DNA from: Chloroflexota bacterium
GTDB taxonomy: Bacteria; Chloroflexota; UBA6077; SHYK01
Assembly: GCA_009377635.1 (NCBI GenBank)
Contig: WHTR01000001.1
Location: 41,257-105,256, forward strand
Length of the DNA: 64,000 nucleotides
Direction: 5' to 3'
Below, one piece after another: positions 1 through 10,457 of the stretch. The position numbers and the translations under genes are program-made. Under the pieces are notes generated by a model, which saw only the letters and a list, made by a program, of their open reading frames with translations, was not told the DNA's origin and made no database searches. How positions within the stretch are numbered: the stretch's first letter is position 1; the number at the start of each line of letters is the position of its first letter.

Positions 1-109
1 GCCCGACGATGTCGCCGCTGCGATTTTCTTCCTGGCCTCGGACGATGCCCGCCTCATCACCGGTGTGCTGCTCCCGGTCGACGCGGGCCGCTCGCTCCCG
101 ACGTTCTAA
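1..109 (+). CDS. short-chain dehydrogenase/reductase (SDR), C-terminal fragment; 5' end lies outside the window
   Basis: Frame 2 translates to PDDVAAAIFFLASDDARLITGVLLPVDAGRSLPTF then TAA at 107-109, the classic SDR C-terminal tail. Confidence 0.6.
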   Translation, partial: PDDVAAAIFFLASDDARLITGVLLPVDAGRSLPTF

Positions 110-130
110 CAGTGTGCGATGATAGGCGCC

Positions 131-1093
131 TCAGGACAGGTAGCCGCGCTCCCGCCAGAAGTCCTCCGCGGCCGGGTGAAGTGGGACGGTAAGCGGTGTG
201 TCCGGCGCGTCGACGCACATCCGCTCAAGCGGGAGCGGTCCCTCCCCCTGCCAGGGGATCCGGTCCTTGCATGCCTCCAAGGCGGCGCAGCAGACACGGA
301 CAACGGGGTCCGGGACGCTCGCATGGGTATAAACGGGCCAGCCGCTGAAGTCGAGGGTCGGTACATCCCGCTCCAGCCCCGGATACTCGGCCGCCGCGAT
401 AACGCCGCGTCGGAGGCCTACTGCCTCCAGCGAACGTAGGTGCGGCTCGTCCAAGGGCAGAGGGCGCAACCCGGCGCCTAGGGCACGGGGCAGCCAGTTA
501 TCCACTGCCTCGTCGAAGATGGCGTCCACCTCGCCGCGTGCAGCTGCCTCAACATCGGGCGGGAAGCCATGAACCCGGACCTCGCCGCCCCAGGCCACGA
601 TATCCTCCATGGAGAACCCGAGGGCGCTCAGCACCTGCTTTACGATCAGGTAACCCGAATGATCGGGGCGGTCGCGCATCGAGAGCTTGAGCGGGAAGCG
701 CTGATCCCGAATATCCGCCAGCGACGTGAGTCCCGTGTGCTCCCGCACGGCGAAAGCAAACTGGTCGTAGGAGGGGATGACGGTGATGATCCGGAGCGGC
801 ACGGGCTCGGCAAAGGGCCCGATGCCCCGCTCAGCAAGCGCCAGCGGCTCCGCCGGGTTGACGATGGCCACCTGGACCTCGCCTCGCGCCACGAGATCGA
901 TCGCACTAGGGGCGTCGCTTCCGAACAAGGAGAACTCCCAGGGCTTGTGCCCACCAGGCTGGCGGAGATCGACGCGAGCCTGGTTGGGAAGCCACGTCGG
1001 CTCGGCGGTCAGCTCATACGCCATCTCCAGGACGAGGCGAGAGCGGGTGACCGCCGGGTTCGCGAATCGGCCGCTGGACTCGTGTGATTGCAC
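131..1093 (-). CDS. NMT1/THI5/SsuA-fold (periplasmic-binding-protein type II) protein without a signal peptide
   Basis: 320-aa ORF. GTG start at 1093 is preceded by GGAGGG. No N-terminal hydrophobic segment. Paralogous to 23295..24197 and 26176..27138. Confidence 0.5.
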   Translation of the reverse strand: MQSHESSGRFANPAVTRSRLVLEMAYELTAEPTWLPNQARVDLRQPGGHKPWEFSLFGSDAPSAIDLVARGEVQVAIVNPAEPLALAERGIGPFAEPVPLRIITVIPSYDQFAFAVREHTGLTSLADIRDQRFPLKLSMRDRPDHSGYLIVKQVLSALGFSMEDIVAWGGEVRVHGFPPDVEAAARGEVDAIFDEAVDNWLPRALGAGLRPLPLDEPHLRSLEAVGLRRGVIAAAEYPGLERDVPTLDFSGWPVYTHASVPDPVVRVCCAALEACKDRIPWQGEGPLPLERMCVDAPDTPLTVPLHPAAEDFWRERGYLS

Positions 1094-1102
1094 GTATCCC
1101 TC

Positions 1103-2527
1103 CTACCCGGACGGGAACAGGTCCGTCCATTTCGTGAGGACCTGCCGCCGCAACGCCGGACTCGCCACATTGGTCTTCGGGAACTCGTCCTTCCAATCGT
1201 AGGGCTTGCACGCGTTGATGATGAGCTTTGACGAGGTGAAATCGCCCCGTGCCTTGCGCTCGGGTGGGATGCGCGGGTCGAGCGCGCTGGCGTTGCACCC
1301 GCCGAGGATGCTGACCGTCGTCGCGGGATCGCAGCGCGTCCCGACGGCCCAGAGCACGTCGTTCGGATCATGGGGATTGATGTCCTCGTCCACCACGATG
1401 ATTACATGGGCCATGTAGGTCGAGACGAGTCCGAGGGCCGCCTTCATGGCGTGGCCGGGGTATCGCTGGCGAAGCTGGATGACGATGACCCCGGGGGTCG
1501 AGAGTCGGCAGACGTCGAGCACCTCCTCGACGCCGGCCCGACCGAGCTGCTCCTTGTAGTTCCCGCCGTCGGTGACGATACCGAAATGGCTCGTCGGACC
1601 CAGCGGCTTGACCGGAGGCATGCCCAGGATGATGGGGGCGTTGCGGTGATAGAGCGCGTGGATGCGGATGACCGGCTCCGGACGCGTGCCCGAGGCGTAG
1701 TAGCCGGTCCATTCTCCGAAGGGTCCCTCGTCCTGAGCCACTACATCGGGGGGTGGGACCTCGCCGGCGATGACGATCTCCGCTGTCGCCGGGATCGGGA
1801 GCCCCGTCACTTCCTCCCTGATCACTTCGACCGGTGCCCCTCGCACGTGCCCGACCAGCTCGTACTCGGGGATGTCTTCGTCCCGGAAGTACGATGCGCC
1901 GGCCACGAAGAGGAGAGGGTCCATACCGAAGGCCACGGCAACTGGGCAGCTCTGCCCTCGCTCCCAGTACATCTTCTCGATGATGGCGCCAGAGTGGTGG
2001 GGCGAGATGTAGAGGCCGGCCGTCGTCTTGTCGTGGACCATCACCCGGTAGGTCCCGAGGTTGACGGCGCCAGTGTCCGGGTGCCGCTGGATCACGATGC
2101 AGCCGGTGCCGATGTAGCGGCCACCGTCCTCCTCGTGCCAGAAGGGCGTCGGGAACGCCTCCAGATCGATCTGATCCCTCATGAAGACGTTATCCAGGAC
2201 CGGCCCCGACTCTACTTCGACCGGTGGTACGGGACTGTAGGTGTCCATCTTGTGCTCGTATGCCTCGACCGCCTCGTCCATTCTGAGGGTGGGTGGAAGG
2301 TCGAGGGCAAGCAGGGCCCGGGGGAGGCTCTCCAGGGCGTTCGTCAGAATGCGGTAGCCTCGCGGGTAGCCTTTGATGTGGTCGAAGAGGAGTGCCGGAC
2401 CCCTGCGTTCGTAGTTCAGCTCGCTAATGGTCCCGATCTCCAGGTGCGGATCGGCTCCCTCGACGGTCTCCACTTCCCCTAGCGGCCCCAGCGCCGCGAT
2501 GAACTCGCGTAGATCACGGAATGGCAT
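1103..2527 (-). CDS. UbiD-family (prFMN-dependent) aromatic acid decarboxylase
   Basis: MPFRDLREFIAALG N-terminus and full-length UbiD-like architecture (~474 aa). ATG at 2527 is preceded by GGAGGAGG. The annotated 544-aa ORF over-extends upstream. Confidence 0.85.
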   Translation of the reverse strand: MPFRDLREFIAALGPLGEVETVEGADPHLEIGTISELNYERRGPALLFDHIKGYPRGYRILTNALESLPRALLALDLPPTLRMDEAVEAYEHKMDTYSPVPPVEVESGPVLDNVFMRDQIDLEAFPTPFWHEEDGGRYIGTGCIVIQRHPDTGAVNLGTYRVMVHDKTTAGLYISPHHSGAIIEKMYWERGQSCPVAVAFGMDPLLFVAGASYFRDEDIPEYELVGHVRGAPVEVIREEVTGLPIPATAEIVIAGEVPPPDVVAQDEGPFGEWTGYYASGTRPEPVIRIHALYHRNAPIILGMPPVKPLGPTSHFGIVTDGGNYKEQLGRAGVEEVLDVCRLSTPGVIVIQLRQRYPGHAMKAALGLVSTYMAHVIIVVDEDINPHDPNDVLWAVGTRCDPATTVSILGGCNASALDPRIPPERKARGDFTSSKLIINACKPYDWKDEFPKTNVASPALRRQVLTKWTDLFPSG

Positions 2528-2888
2528 TGGCCTCCTCCCGGCGCCGGTGGTGCATTGTACCGCCCGGCAGTCATGTGTCAACGTGCCCTCATCCCCTGCG
2601 CATACCCAAGCGCCGTCCTTCCCTGTCGGACCTTGCGCCGCAAGGGCTGCTCCGCCTTCGCAGTTGGTCCGAGCATACCCAACATCGACCCAATGTGGCA
2701 TTCCCACCCCGAAACACGACCTGCTCGCAGGCGACACCCTCTACGGGGTCATCGTCGATCGACCTCGACGGATCGGGCCAGGATGCTGTCCACTGCTGGC
2801 TATTCCGCCGCCTCGAGAGGTCGGGCTCCCAAGTGACAACCGAGCCCGTCGCCGCCTTGCCCCCAAGCTCGTCTCCCGGGGAGAGGTA

Positions 2889-4628
2889 CTACTGAACGCC
2901 CCAAAGGTGGGCGTTGCGGGTGTAGGTGCCGTAGGGCTGGCCGGCTTGGGCACCACCACCAAGATCGTCGAAGGCGGCAATGCCTCGGCGCATGCCGATC
3001 AAGTCCGTGTTGTAATAGGTCACCAGAAAGGGCAGCTCGGCCACAACGTAGTCGCTGATTGCGTTCATGGCCTGAAACTGCTCGGGTTCGGACAGGGCCG
3101 TGTAGTAACGGGCGAGCAGCTCCTGCGCCCGCGGCTCCTCGAAGCCACCACGGTTCCCGGTCCACCGGTTCGCCGGCGCCGCCGCCGGCCCTTCGAGCCG
3201 TCCAAGCACTGAGTCACCGGCGCCGGAGGAGCTGGGTTCCCACCCCGGGTAGCTCGCGCGCAGCTCATTGTCCCGCGCCTGCGGGCCGGGGATCTGGTGC
3301 TCCTCGACCTCCAGCCCGATGCGACGCCAAAAGTCAGCGAACACGGGCATCTCCCACGCTCGGGAGCTACCCGTGACCCAGATCTGCGTGCGGAACGGGC
3401 GTCCGTCCGCGGCGTTCCGCAGTACGCCATCCGTGCCCGCCGCCCAGCCCAGGTCGCGCAGAATCGCCTTCGCCCGATCGGGGTCGTATGCGTAGCGGCG
3501 GAAGCCGTCCTTCGTCGCCTCGTACAGTCGATCGCCCGGAGGTAGCAGCGACCAGGCTGCTTGCTCCTTGAAGCCGGTCCCGCTGGTCAGCTCCTCACGA
3601 TCGATCGCATGATAGAGAGCAGCGCGCACGCGCGGGTCCAGGACGGCTGGTTCTTGCTGGACCGACAGTCGCATCTGGGGCGAGAGAAACCTGGTCCCGC
3701 CCGACCGCAAGAATAGGGTGCCCTCGCCGCTGCTGTCCCACTGCTCTTTAAGCTGCACGGCGAGGTCGGTGGACAGCGCCGTATCTGCGAGGATGTCGAC
3801 TGAGCCCGCCAAGAGGTGCGCGAAAAGCGTGTTCTGGTCCGAGTAGGTCCGCACTCTGACGACGTCGACTTTGGGCCGACCGAGGAAGTAGTTCCCGTAG
3901 GCCTCGTAGTCGGTCCCCTCGCCAGGATCGAACGATCTCAGCCGAAATGGGCCCAAATGCACGTAGTCCGACGTCCAGTAAGGATGGTTCACTACGGGAT
4001 CCGAGTCCCCTGTTGCCAAGTATTGTTCGAACGGTTCCCTCAGCACATGCGCCGGCTGGGGCCAGAATCGGCGGAGTCCGAGGGCTCCGCCCAGATAGTA
4101 CGGTTCCCGGAAATAAGTCACGAATGTATGATCGTCGAGCGCCTCCGCTGCTGCCATCTGATTGACCCCTTCGTTCAAGTTCGAAGGGATCCCTGGGTTG
4201 GACATGAACGTGTAGGAGAAGACCAGGTCGTGAGCGGTGAAGGGAGCGCCGTCCTGCCAGGTCACTTCCCTTCGTAACTTGTAGATTACCTTCATGCGAC
4301 CATCCGGCAGGACCGAAATAGAGCCATCCTCCAGCGAGGGCACCCCCTCAGCCAGGCGACCGACCAGCGCCCGGGTGTGCACGTCGCTCGTGATCAGTCC
4401 ATTCGAATGCAGCTCGCTGACGGTGCCCCAGCCGCCGACCGTCGTGCTGGCGCCCAAGATACTCATGGCCTGCACGCCCGTCGTGACGCCGATCGTGAGG
4501 CTCTTGGTTCGAGGAGCCTGCTGGCCGCCGCCCTCCCCGCCGGATCTATTCTCGGTTGGAGCAGACGGAACGCAACCGGCCACGACCACGAGCACCACCG
4601 AGGCAATTGGAAGAAGACGCCAGATCAC
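2889..4628 (-). CDS. ABC transporter substrate-binding lipoprotein, family 5 (DppA/OppA-like); orphan
   Basis: GTG start with GAGGAG RBS; lipobox LVVVAGC; 579 aa. Paralog of four other SBP5 ORFs in the window. No permease or ATPase genes nearby. Confidence 0.8.
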   Translation of the reverse strand: MIWRLLPIASVVLVVVAGCVPSAPTENRSGGEGGGQQAPRTKSLTIGVTTGVQAMSILGASTTVGGWGTVSELHSNGLITSDVHTRALVGRLAEGVPSLEDGSISVLPDGRMKVIYKLRREVTWQDGAPFTAHDLVFSYTFMSNPGIPSNLNEGVNQMAAAEALDDHTFVTYFREPYYLGGALGLRRFWPQPAHVLREPFEQYLATGDSDPVVNHPYWTSDYVHLGPFRLRSFDPGEGTDYEAYGNYFLGRPKVDVVRVRTYSDQNTLFAHLLAGSVDILADTALSTDLAVQLKEQWDSSGEGTLFLRSGGTRFLSPQMRLSVQQEPAVLDPRVRAALYHAIDREELTSGTGFKEQAAWSLLPPGDRLYEATKDGFRRYAYDPDRAKAILRDLGWAAGTDGVLRNAADGRPFRTQIWVTGSSRAWEMPVFADFWRRIGLEVEEHQIPGPQARDNELRASYPGWEPSSSGAGDSVLGRLEGPAAAPANRWTGNRGGFEEPRAQELLARYYTALSEPEQFQAMNAISDYVVAELPFLVTYYNTDLIGMRRGIAAFDDLGGGAQAGQPYGTYTRNAHLWGVQ

Positions 4629-4756
4629 GGTGGGATCTCCTCAAAAAGAACGTGAGCGCAGGGAATATGGCTCACAAGAGCACCCTCTCAGCCACGGGTG
4701 ACATCGAGTCCGGGCATGCGGTGCGTGCCGCATCCCTCTTCCGGGGAAGAAGCACG

Positions 4757-5515
4757 TCAATACAGGCGCGGCGGAACGTAGGGAGTCACTTGGCCCGCCT
4801 CAATCTCTGCCACGCGCTGCGGTGGGAGTGGTTGACTGAATGACGCGTTTCGCATCAGAAAGTGACTTCGTGCTAGCTCGCGAGCGTACTCGAGCGACTC
4901 CGGGTACTCCCCGGGGTTCGCTTCGAGCGCCCTACGGTCGAAGGTGAAGCGGTTCTTGTTGTAGTGTTCAAGCTCTTGCCGATAGATCACCTTGAACGCT
5001 GCGGCGAGCTGCCGCTCCGCCGGACCCCCCTCGATCATAGACCCAGCCGCCCCGAATGCTGTCCCGCCACCGGGCCCGAAGCCGCTGATGGATCGGACAA
5101 GGGGGCTGCCGCGACTGTACCTGCGACGCACAGCCTCGAGCTCCACTTGCTCAGGCGTTGCCTTGAACTCGAGTGCCGGCCGGCGCTTCCCGGTGATCAT
5201 TTCCATCACATCCGCGAGCAGTCGGTAGTGCTGCACCTCGTCGGCCAGCTCGTACGCCTCGGCCTCGTACTCGCCCCGCTCCACCTCATCGTCCAGCTTG
5301 TTATACATGTCGATCAGCTGCTGCGCCTTCACGGGAACGACGTGGATCTCTTTGTACAGTTGGAGATCGAGCCACCTGAGCAGCTGCTCCGGCGGTCGCG
5401 GCTGTCCAAAGAAAGTCTTCACGACCTCGTAGTGCCCGCCCCAATACTGATGGAAGATCGAGTTAATCTGCTCGATGAAGGTCGCCAGGTTTGTCGGGAC
5501 ATCAGTTGCGGTCAT
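4757..5515 (-). CDS. hypothetical protein, possible ferritin-like/diiron-carboxylate fold
   Basis: ATG at 5515 is preceded by GAGGGGG. Contains E..ExxH-like pairs (ELADEVQH, QELEH). No confident family match. Confidence 0.4.
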   Translation of the reverse strand: MTATDVPTNLATFIEQINSIFHQYWGGHYEVVKTFFGQPRPPEQLLRWLDLQLYKEIHVVPVKAQQLIDMYNKLDDEVERGEYEAEAYELADEVQHYRLLADVMEMITGKRRPALEFKATPEQVELEAVRRRYSRGSPLVRSISGFGPGGGTAFGAAGSMIEGGPAERQLAAAFKVIYRQELEHYNKNRFTFDRRALEANPGEYPESLEYARELARSHFLMRNASFSQPLPPQRVAEIEAGQVTPYVPPRLY

Positions 5516-5723
5516 ATCGCGCCCCCTCACGCTCTTCTCTGGAGTCTAGCAACTCGCGACGCGGCTTCGCCGCCGTAGGGAGCACCGCTGCATTCAACCG
5601 TGGTGACGCACGAATGCGAAGCATCCCCCAATCGCGCCTGATCCAAGCGTAGACCACGGTTGTCAGTGGTGGTACCCCGTAGGGCCGCGGCGCACGGAAT
5701 TCCCGTCTCCCCAAAAAAGTCAC

Positions 5724-6773
5724 TCAATAGTCAGCGGTTTCGCCCTGCTGCGTCACTTGATAGCCAAGGTTTTCCATTGCTGGGCGTGTCGTGTGGACGA
5801 GAAATCGGGCCGTCTCTGCACCCGTGCTGAAATGCTGATGCCATGAGAACACGGGAATGCATAGCGCATCGCCGGACTGCCACTCATAGCGACGGTCCTC
5901 CACGATGGAGTAGCCCTCGCCGGCGAGCACATAGTTCACTTCTTCGTACAGATGCCGGTGGGCACCAGAATGATGCCCCGGTGGGACCTCCGCTAGCAGC
6001 GTCGACATGACCTTTGTGTTGAAACCGAGACGCGGATCAACGATGTACGCCACCCGTCCCATTCGGGTATGGCCAAAGTTGACATCGGAGCTCTTCACTA
6101 GCACCCGTCCCACTCGTCTCCGCTGTTCTTCGTCTGCAGCGAAGGCCACCTCGTGCTCATAGAGGTGCGCCTGCAAGGCCTGATCGCCGCGAAAGGCCGC
6201 TTTCGACTGACTCCCCGGGAGTTCCGGAACTTCGGCCCCGCCGGGGATGAGCGTAGTGCGGGCCTCTTCGCTCTTCTGCGCGAATACCCAGTACTCCGGA
6301 TACCGTTCGTCTTCGTGTACCGAGACACCAAGCGCCATTGAGAACGGAGTGGTGGTCCCCGCGATGTACTTGAAAGCCTCTTCCCCCGTGCTTACGTGTC
6401 GATGCCAGGCGTAGGTGGGGACGCACAAGAAGTCCCCTGCCTCCCAGTCGTACCGGGCCCCGTCAATGATGCTGTGACCACGTCCGCGAAGGACATGAAT
6501 CACCGCGTCGATTAGGTGGCGATGTCCCAAGACCTTCCAGCCCAGATTGCCTTCGTCGTTCCCGTAGAAGTTAACCCAGAGACGGATCGAGCGAACACCA
6601 AACCCGAGCTTCGGATCAATTAAGTGCACCATCCCGAGAAGCTCAGGATTGTTCAGGCGACGGCGTACCTCGTCCCCAGGGACGAGCACTGGAGAACTTT
6701 GCCGACGCTCTCGCTCCTTGAGGGCGAACGTCAGGATATCGTTTTCATCACTGCGATCGCCTAACCCTGCCAT
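5724..6773 (-). CDS. bicupin ring-cleavage dioxygenase, gentisate 1,2-dioxygenase family-like
   Basis: Two cupin domains each with HxH...E...H ligands (GHRHLIDAVIHV; HSGAHRHLYEEVNYV). GGAGG RBS. Confidence 0.6.
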   Translation of the reverse strand: MAGLGDRSDENDILTFALKERERRQSSPVLVPGDEVRRRLNNPELLGMVHLIDPKLGFGVRSIRLWVNFYGNDEGNLGWKVLGHRHLIDAVIHVLRGRGHSIIDGARYDWEAGDFLCVPTYAWHRHVSTGEEAFKYIAGTTTPFSMALGVSVHEDERYPEYWVFAQKSEEARTTLIPGGAEVPELPGSQSKAAFRGDQALQAHLYEHEVAFAADEEQRRRVGRVLVKSSDVNFGHTRMGRVAYIVDPRLGFNTKVMSTLLAEVPPGHHSGAHRHLYEEVNYVLAGEGYSIVEDRRYEWQSGDALCIPVFSWHQHFSTGAETARFLVHTTRPAMENLGYQVTQQGETADY

Positions 6774-7155
6774 TGGAGCCTCCAGAGTCGCTAGCTAGCG
6801 CGGGCGTGCCACGGGAAACGCTAAGTTTGAACGACTGGCATTATACTACCGAAGCTCCGCCTCGGTACCGCTGCATGTACCCGTGGTCACGCACAAGACC
6901 CCGCCCGATCCAGAGGTGGACCACGGAGTCTGTAGTCACACCGGCAGCACCGGGCCTGCGCGCCCAAACCCCGAGTAAAAGCGCCTGGGCGCCCCGACGG
7001 ACAGCGGCCGGGCCGCCGGAAACGCTCCCCGGTGGTCCGCGGGGCCGCCAGACGCGCAGCGTGATGGCTCCACAGACACCAAGACTCTCACCTTTCAAGC
7101 CCGGCCCGCTGCGTCTTCACAAGCGGCGAGTTGAAGTTTGTCCAAACTCGTGTCC

Positions 7156-8316
7156 TTAGGGCCGTTGACGCTCGAACAGAAAATCGGGCATGTCGACCGG
7201 GATCCCTTTCTGATCCAGCATGGTCTTGTACAGGCGGCGGACCACCGGATCCTCTTCTGAGTAGTCGATCTGGCGACCACCTTCGCGGACACTCTCGTGG
7301 ATCGCACTGAAGTCGTCTGCGCGCTGCGGGATCACGTCGCCAAATCCAGTCCCCCCATAGAAAGCGAGATGTCGGGCTGGCACGGGACCGGTATTGAAAT
7401 GCGCGTGAAACCAGTTGCCCGGAGGACTATACAGCCCGCCGGCTTTCCAGGGTTCAATCACCACTTCATCTCCGTGACCGGACTCGAATGGCCGCATCCC
7501 CAATTGGTAGGGCCACAACATGACGAATCCCTCTGAATGGAGCGGGTGGAGCAGCGCGCCCGGATGGTGGTAGTGAGCTTGGTGGTAGCGTCCTACTGGC
7601 CACTCGTGAACTCCGCCTGTATTGCCGGACATGATGAACCCCTCTCCCCTGCCGCCGTAGGCCTTCTGGTAGTCCTGCAGATCAGCGCCCCAGGCGTCCC
7701 GGATGAAGTTGGTCTCCCAGCGGTTGGTCGTTCGGCCCGGCCGGCCCTTGGTCGAATGCTTGTCATTCGTTTCGATAAAGAACCTGTCGTCGTCGCTGGA
7801 GTACAGGTCTCGGAACGCGTGGGGGCAGTTAAAGATAAAGTCCGAGCTATCGAAGCCTCTCATGACCTGGGGCGCATTCGTCATAGCCATAAACTTGGCT
7901 GGTTCGCGTCCCAGGTTATGCATTCGGTGCCAGGCGTTGGTGGGGATTGCGAATACGCTTCCCCTGCCCCATTCGAATACGTGCTTGCGAGCGTCTCCTT
8001 CCTGCCAGATCTCGGTCGACCCCACCCCCTGCTCGACGATCAGGATCTTCTGGCAGCACCAGCGCTCGGGTTCGAGGCTTCGGCCCGGCGGGATCTCCAC
8101 GATGGAGAGACCCGCTCCCGATTCCATCTGCGCGTAAAGGGTGATAAAGACTGCGCTTCCGCCGATGCGTAGCCATGGCGCGAGCTCTAGCTCGCGCACA
8201 TCCTCTACCGTGAACCCCTCGTGAATCGCGACTCCCTCTTGTCTGAGCCACTTTGCATACGGGGTCTCTTCAAAAGCTTTCTTGATACCCGTGATGTATG
8301 CGTCCTTGTATGACAT
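7156..8316 (-). CDS. bicupin protein (putative dioxygenase), paralog A
   Basis: 386 aa. C-terminal cupin has canonical motifs: HQAHYHH and G(x5)PxGxxHxxxN in GGLYSPPGNWFHAHFN. Confidence 0.55.
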   Translation of the reverse strand: MSYKDAYITGIKKAFEETPYAKWLRQEGVAIHEGFTVEDVRELELAPWLRIGGSAVFITLYAQMESGAGLSIVEIPPGRSLEPERWCCQKILIVEQGVGSTEIWQEGDARKHVFEWGRGSVFAIPTNAWHRMHNLGREPAKFMAMTNAPQVMRGFDSSDFIFNCPHAFRDLYSSDDDRFFIETNDKHSTKGRPGRTTNRWETNFIRDAWGADLQDYQKAYGGRGEGFIMSGNTGGVHEWPVGRYHQAHYHHPGALLHPLHSEGFVMLWPYQLGMRPFESGHGDEVVIEPWKAGGLYSPPGNWFHAHFNTGPVPARHLAFYGGTGFGDVIPQRADDFSAIHESVREGGRQIDYSEEDPVVRRLYKTMLDQKGIPVDMPDFLFERQRP

Positions 8317-8374
8317 GCTTTTACCCCAATCACCGCGACTCGACTAATGTCTGCGTCGGCGTTACGACGAACGT

Positions 8375-9559
8375 TCAGGCGGGCACTTCAGCGGGCCGTT
8401 CGAAAAGCGAGTCGGGCATATCAAACGGGATGCCCTTATCGTCCAACATCGACTTGTAAAGTCGCCGGACTTCTGGGTCTTCCTGCCAGTATCTGATCGC
8501 GCGCCCGCCATCGCTCACGCTCTCGTGTGTCTCATTGAATTCCTCACCATCGCGACCTTCGCGGCGCGGCGCCACGTTGCCGAAACCGGTTCCACCAAAG
8601 AAAGCAATCTGTCGACAAGGCCCTTCCCCGGTGTTGAAGTGCGCGTGGAACCAATTACCGGGCGGACTATAAAGGCCTCCCGCCTTGAATGGCTCGATCA
8701 CCACTTCGTCGCCAAGGCCAGACTCGAATGGACGCATTCCCGCTTCGTACGGCCAGAGCATCACGAAACCCTCGGAGCGAAGCGTGTGTAGCAGCGCCCC
8801 CGGATGATGGTAGTGTGCCTGGTGGTAGCGGCCGGCCGGCCATTCATGGATCGTCCCGCCGTAGGTTTTGTTGGCCATGCGGAAGCTATTCGACATATTG
8901 CCGTAGGCTTTCATTGACTCCTGTAGCTGGGCACCCCACGCATCACTGATGAAGTTGGTCTCCCACGCATTGCTATGGAATCCCAGGCGACCTCGACGAT
9001 ATTTCGTGTTCGACTCGACGAAGTACTTGTCGTCGTCTCCCGAGTACTGCTCCCTGAATGTAAACGGACAATTAAAGATGAAGTCGGCGCTGTTGAACCC
9101 CCTCATGATTTGCGGTGCACTATTCATGACCATGAACTTAACCGGCTCGCGGCCAAGATTGTGCATGCGGTGCCTGGCATTGGTGGGAATGGCGAAGACG
9201 CTGCCCTTACCCCACTCAAACACATGCTTCCGCGAGTCCCCCTCCTGCCAGGCCTCCGTGGACCCCATCCCCTGCTCAATGATCAGGATCTTCTGGCAAG
9301 CCCACCGCTCTGGTTCGAGACTGGCACTCGGTGGGATCTCTACTAAGTAGAGGCCGATGTTGGCTTCCATATGCGCGTAGAGCGTGATGAAGACCGCGTT
9401 GCCACCCACGCGGGGCCACGGCGCCATTTCGAGATCTCGTACGTCCTCCACGGAGAATCCTTCGTAGACTGCAACTCCTTCGTCTTTCAACCATTTTGCG
9501 TAAGGGGTTTCACCGAAGGCGCGCTTGATGCCCGTGATATACGCTTCTTTTGCTGACAT
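8375..9559 (-). CDS. bicupin protein (putative dioxygenase), paralog B
   Basis: ~75% identical to 7156..8316. Start chosen at MSAKEAYITG (ATG 9559), preceded by GGGGGAGGG. Confidence 0.55.
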   Translation of the reverse strand: MSAKEAYITGIKRAFGETPYAKWLKDEGVAVYEGFSVEDVRDLEMAPWPRVGGNAVFITLYAHMEANIGLYLVEIPPSASLEPERWACQKILIIEQGMGSTEAWQEGDSRKHVFEWGKGSVFAIPTNARHRMHNLGREPVKFMVMNSAPQIMRGFNSADFIFNCPFTFREQYSGDDDKYFVESNTKYRRGRLGFHSNAWETNFISDAWGAQLQESMKAYGNMSNSFRMANKTYGGTIHEWPAGRYHQAHYHHPGALLHTLRSEGFVMLWPYEAGMRPFESGLGDEVVIEPFKAGGLYSPPGNWFHAHFNTGEGPCRQIAFFGGTGFGNVAPRREGRDGEEFNETHESVSDGGRAIRYWQEDPEVRRLYKSMLDDKGIPFDMPDSLFERPAEVPA

Positions 9560-10457
9560 TGGTTCCCTCCCCCCGATGCGACGGGACCGGGCCATTACCT
9601 TTGGTCAAGCGGTGAGCGATGGGATAGGATTCCCGGCCGAGCCACAACGACCCGTTACGAAAAGCCCTAAATCGGAAGGAATCAGAGAGCCGCGGAGCGC
9701 CTGCGCGTCACCCGACGGGCGATCATCGGCCGAAACTGCACCGAGAAGATCCGATTTGGTTGCAACTTTTGGAATCGTGCGAACAGTGGGGGTGCATGGA
9801 TGTTTTCAAGGCCACCGATCGCCGAGCCGCAGCGTGCTTCTTGTAGAAGCCCCTACCGCGAGTTCGTGAGCCACAGCCTCGGTGGCAAGCGTGCAGCAGC
9901 GCTGCTCCTCACGCTTGCCGCGACAGGCTGCGGCCCCTCGATCGGTGTGACGCAGCCTGCGAGCGGGAGTACACGCATCAAGTCGATTAGTGTCGTCGTG
10001 CTCAACATCATCAGCGGCTTCAGCGTCGCGGCTAGAAACACAAATAAGGGCGGAGCAGACGGTGCCAACGAAGTCCATTCCAATGAGCTGTTTGAACCGC
10101 CCCGGATTTTGGAGAGACTCCGGTTTTCGTGCGTTCGCGCGGGGACACCTCAGCGGGGGTATTGTACGGCAATCACGCCGCCGCTGGCGAGGATGCCAGT
10201 GGTGGGAACCGCGGGCTGGATCGATGCTGGCAGGGGTAGGAGCGTGGTCAGCTCCATTCATGAGATGGGGAACAGATCGGTGAGCGCTACCGGCTCGTCG
10301 CAATGGGGGCAGAGGCCTCCGGGACCAAGCCGCCGGCAGGGCCGCTGGCAATCTGGGCACCGCTGCTCTCCCAGGTAGCGCGTCTCGCAGGCGGTGCACT
10401 GGCAGACCGTCGCTACTCGCGGCGATCTGCTGGGTGGTGCCGGTACTGGAGGGGGGT

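Noticed and set aside
1370-2482. 370-aa plus ORF and the 544-aa extension of the UbiD ORF
   Set aside because: The first is antisense to UbiD. The UbiD start is placed at the internal ATG 2527, which has a GGAGGAGG RBS and matches the family N-terminus MPFRDLREFI.
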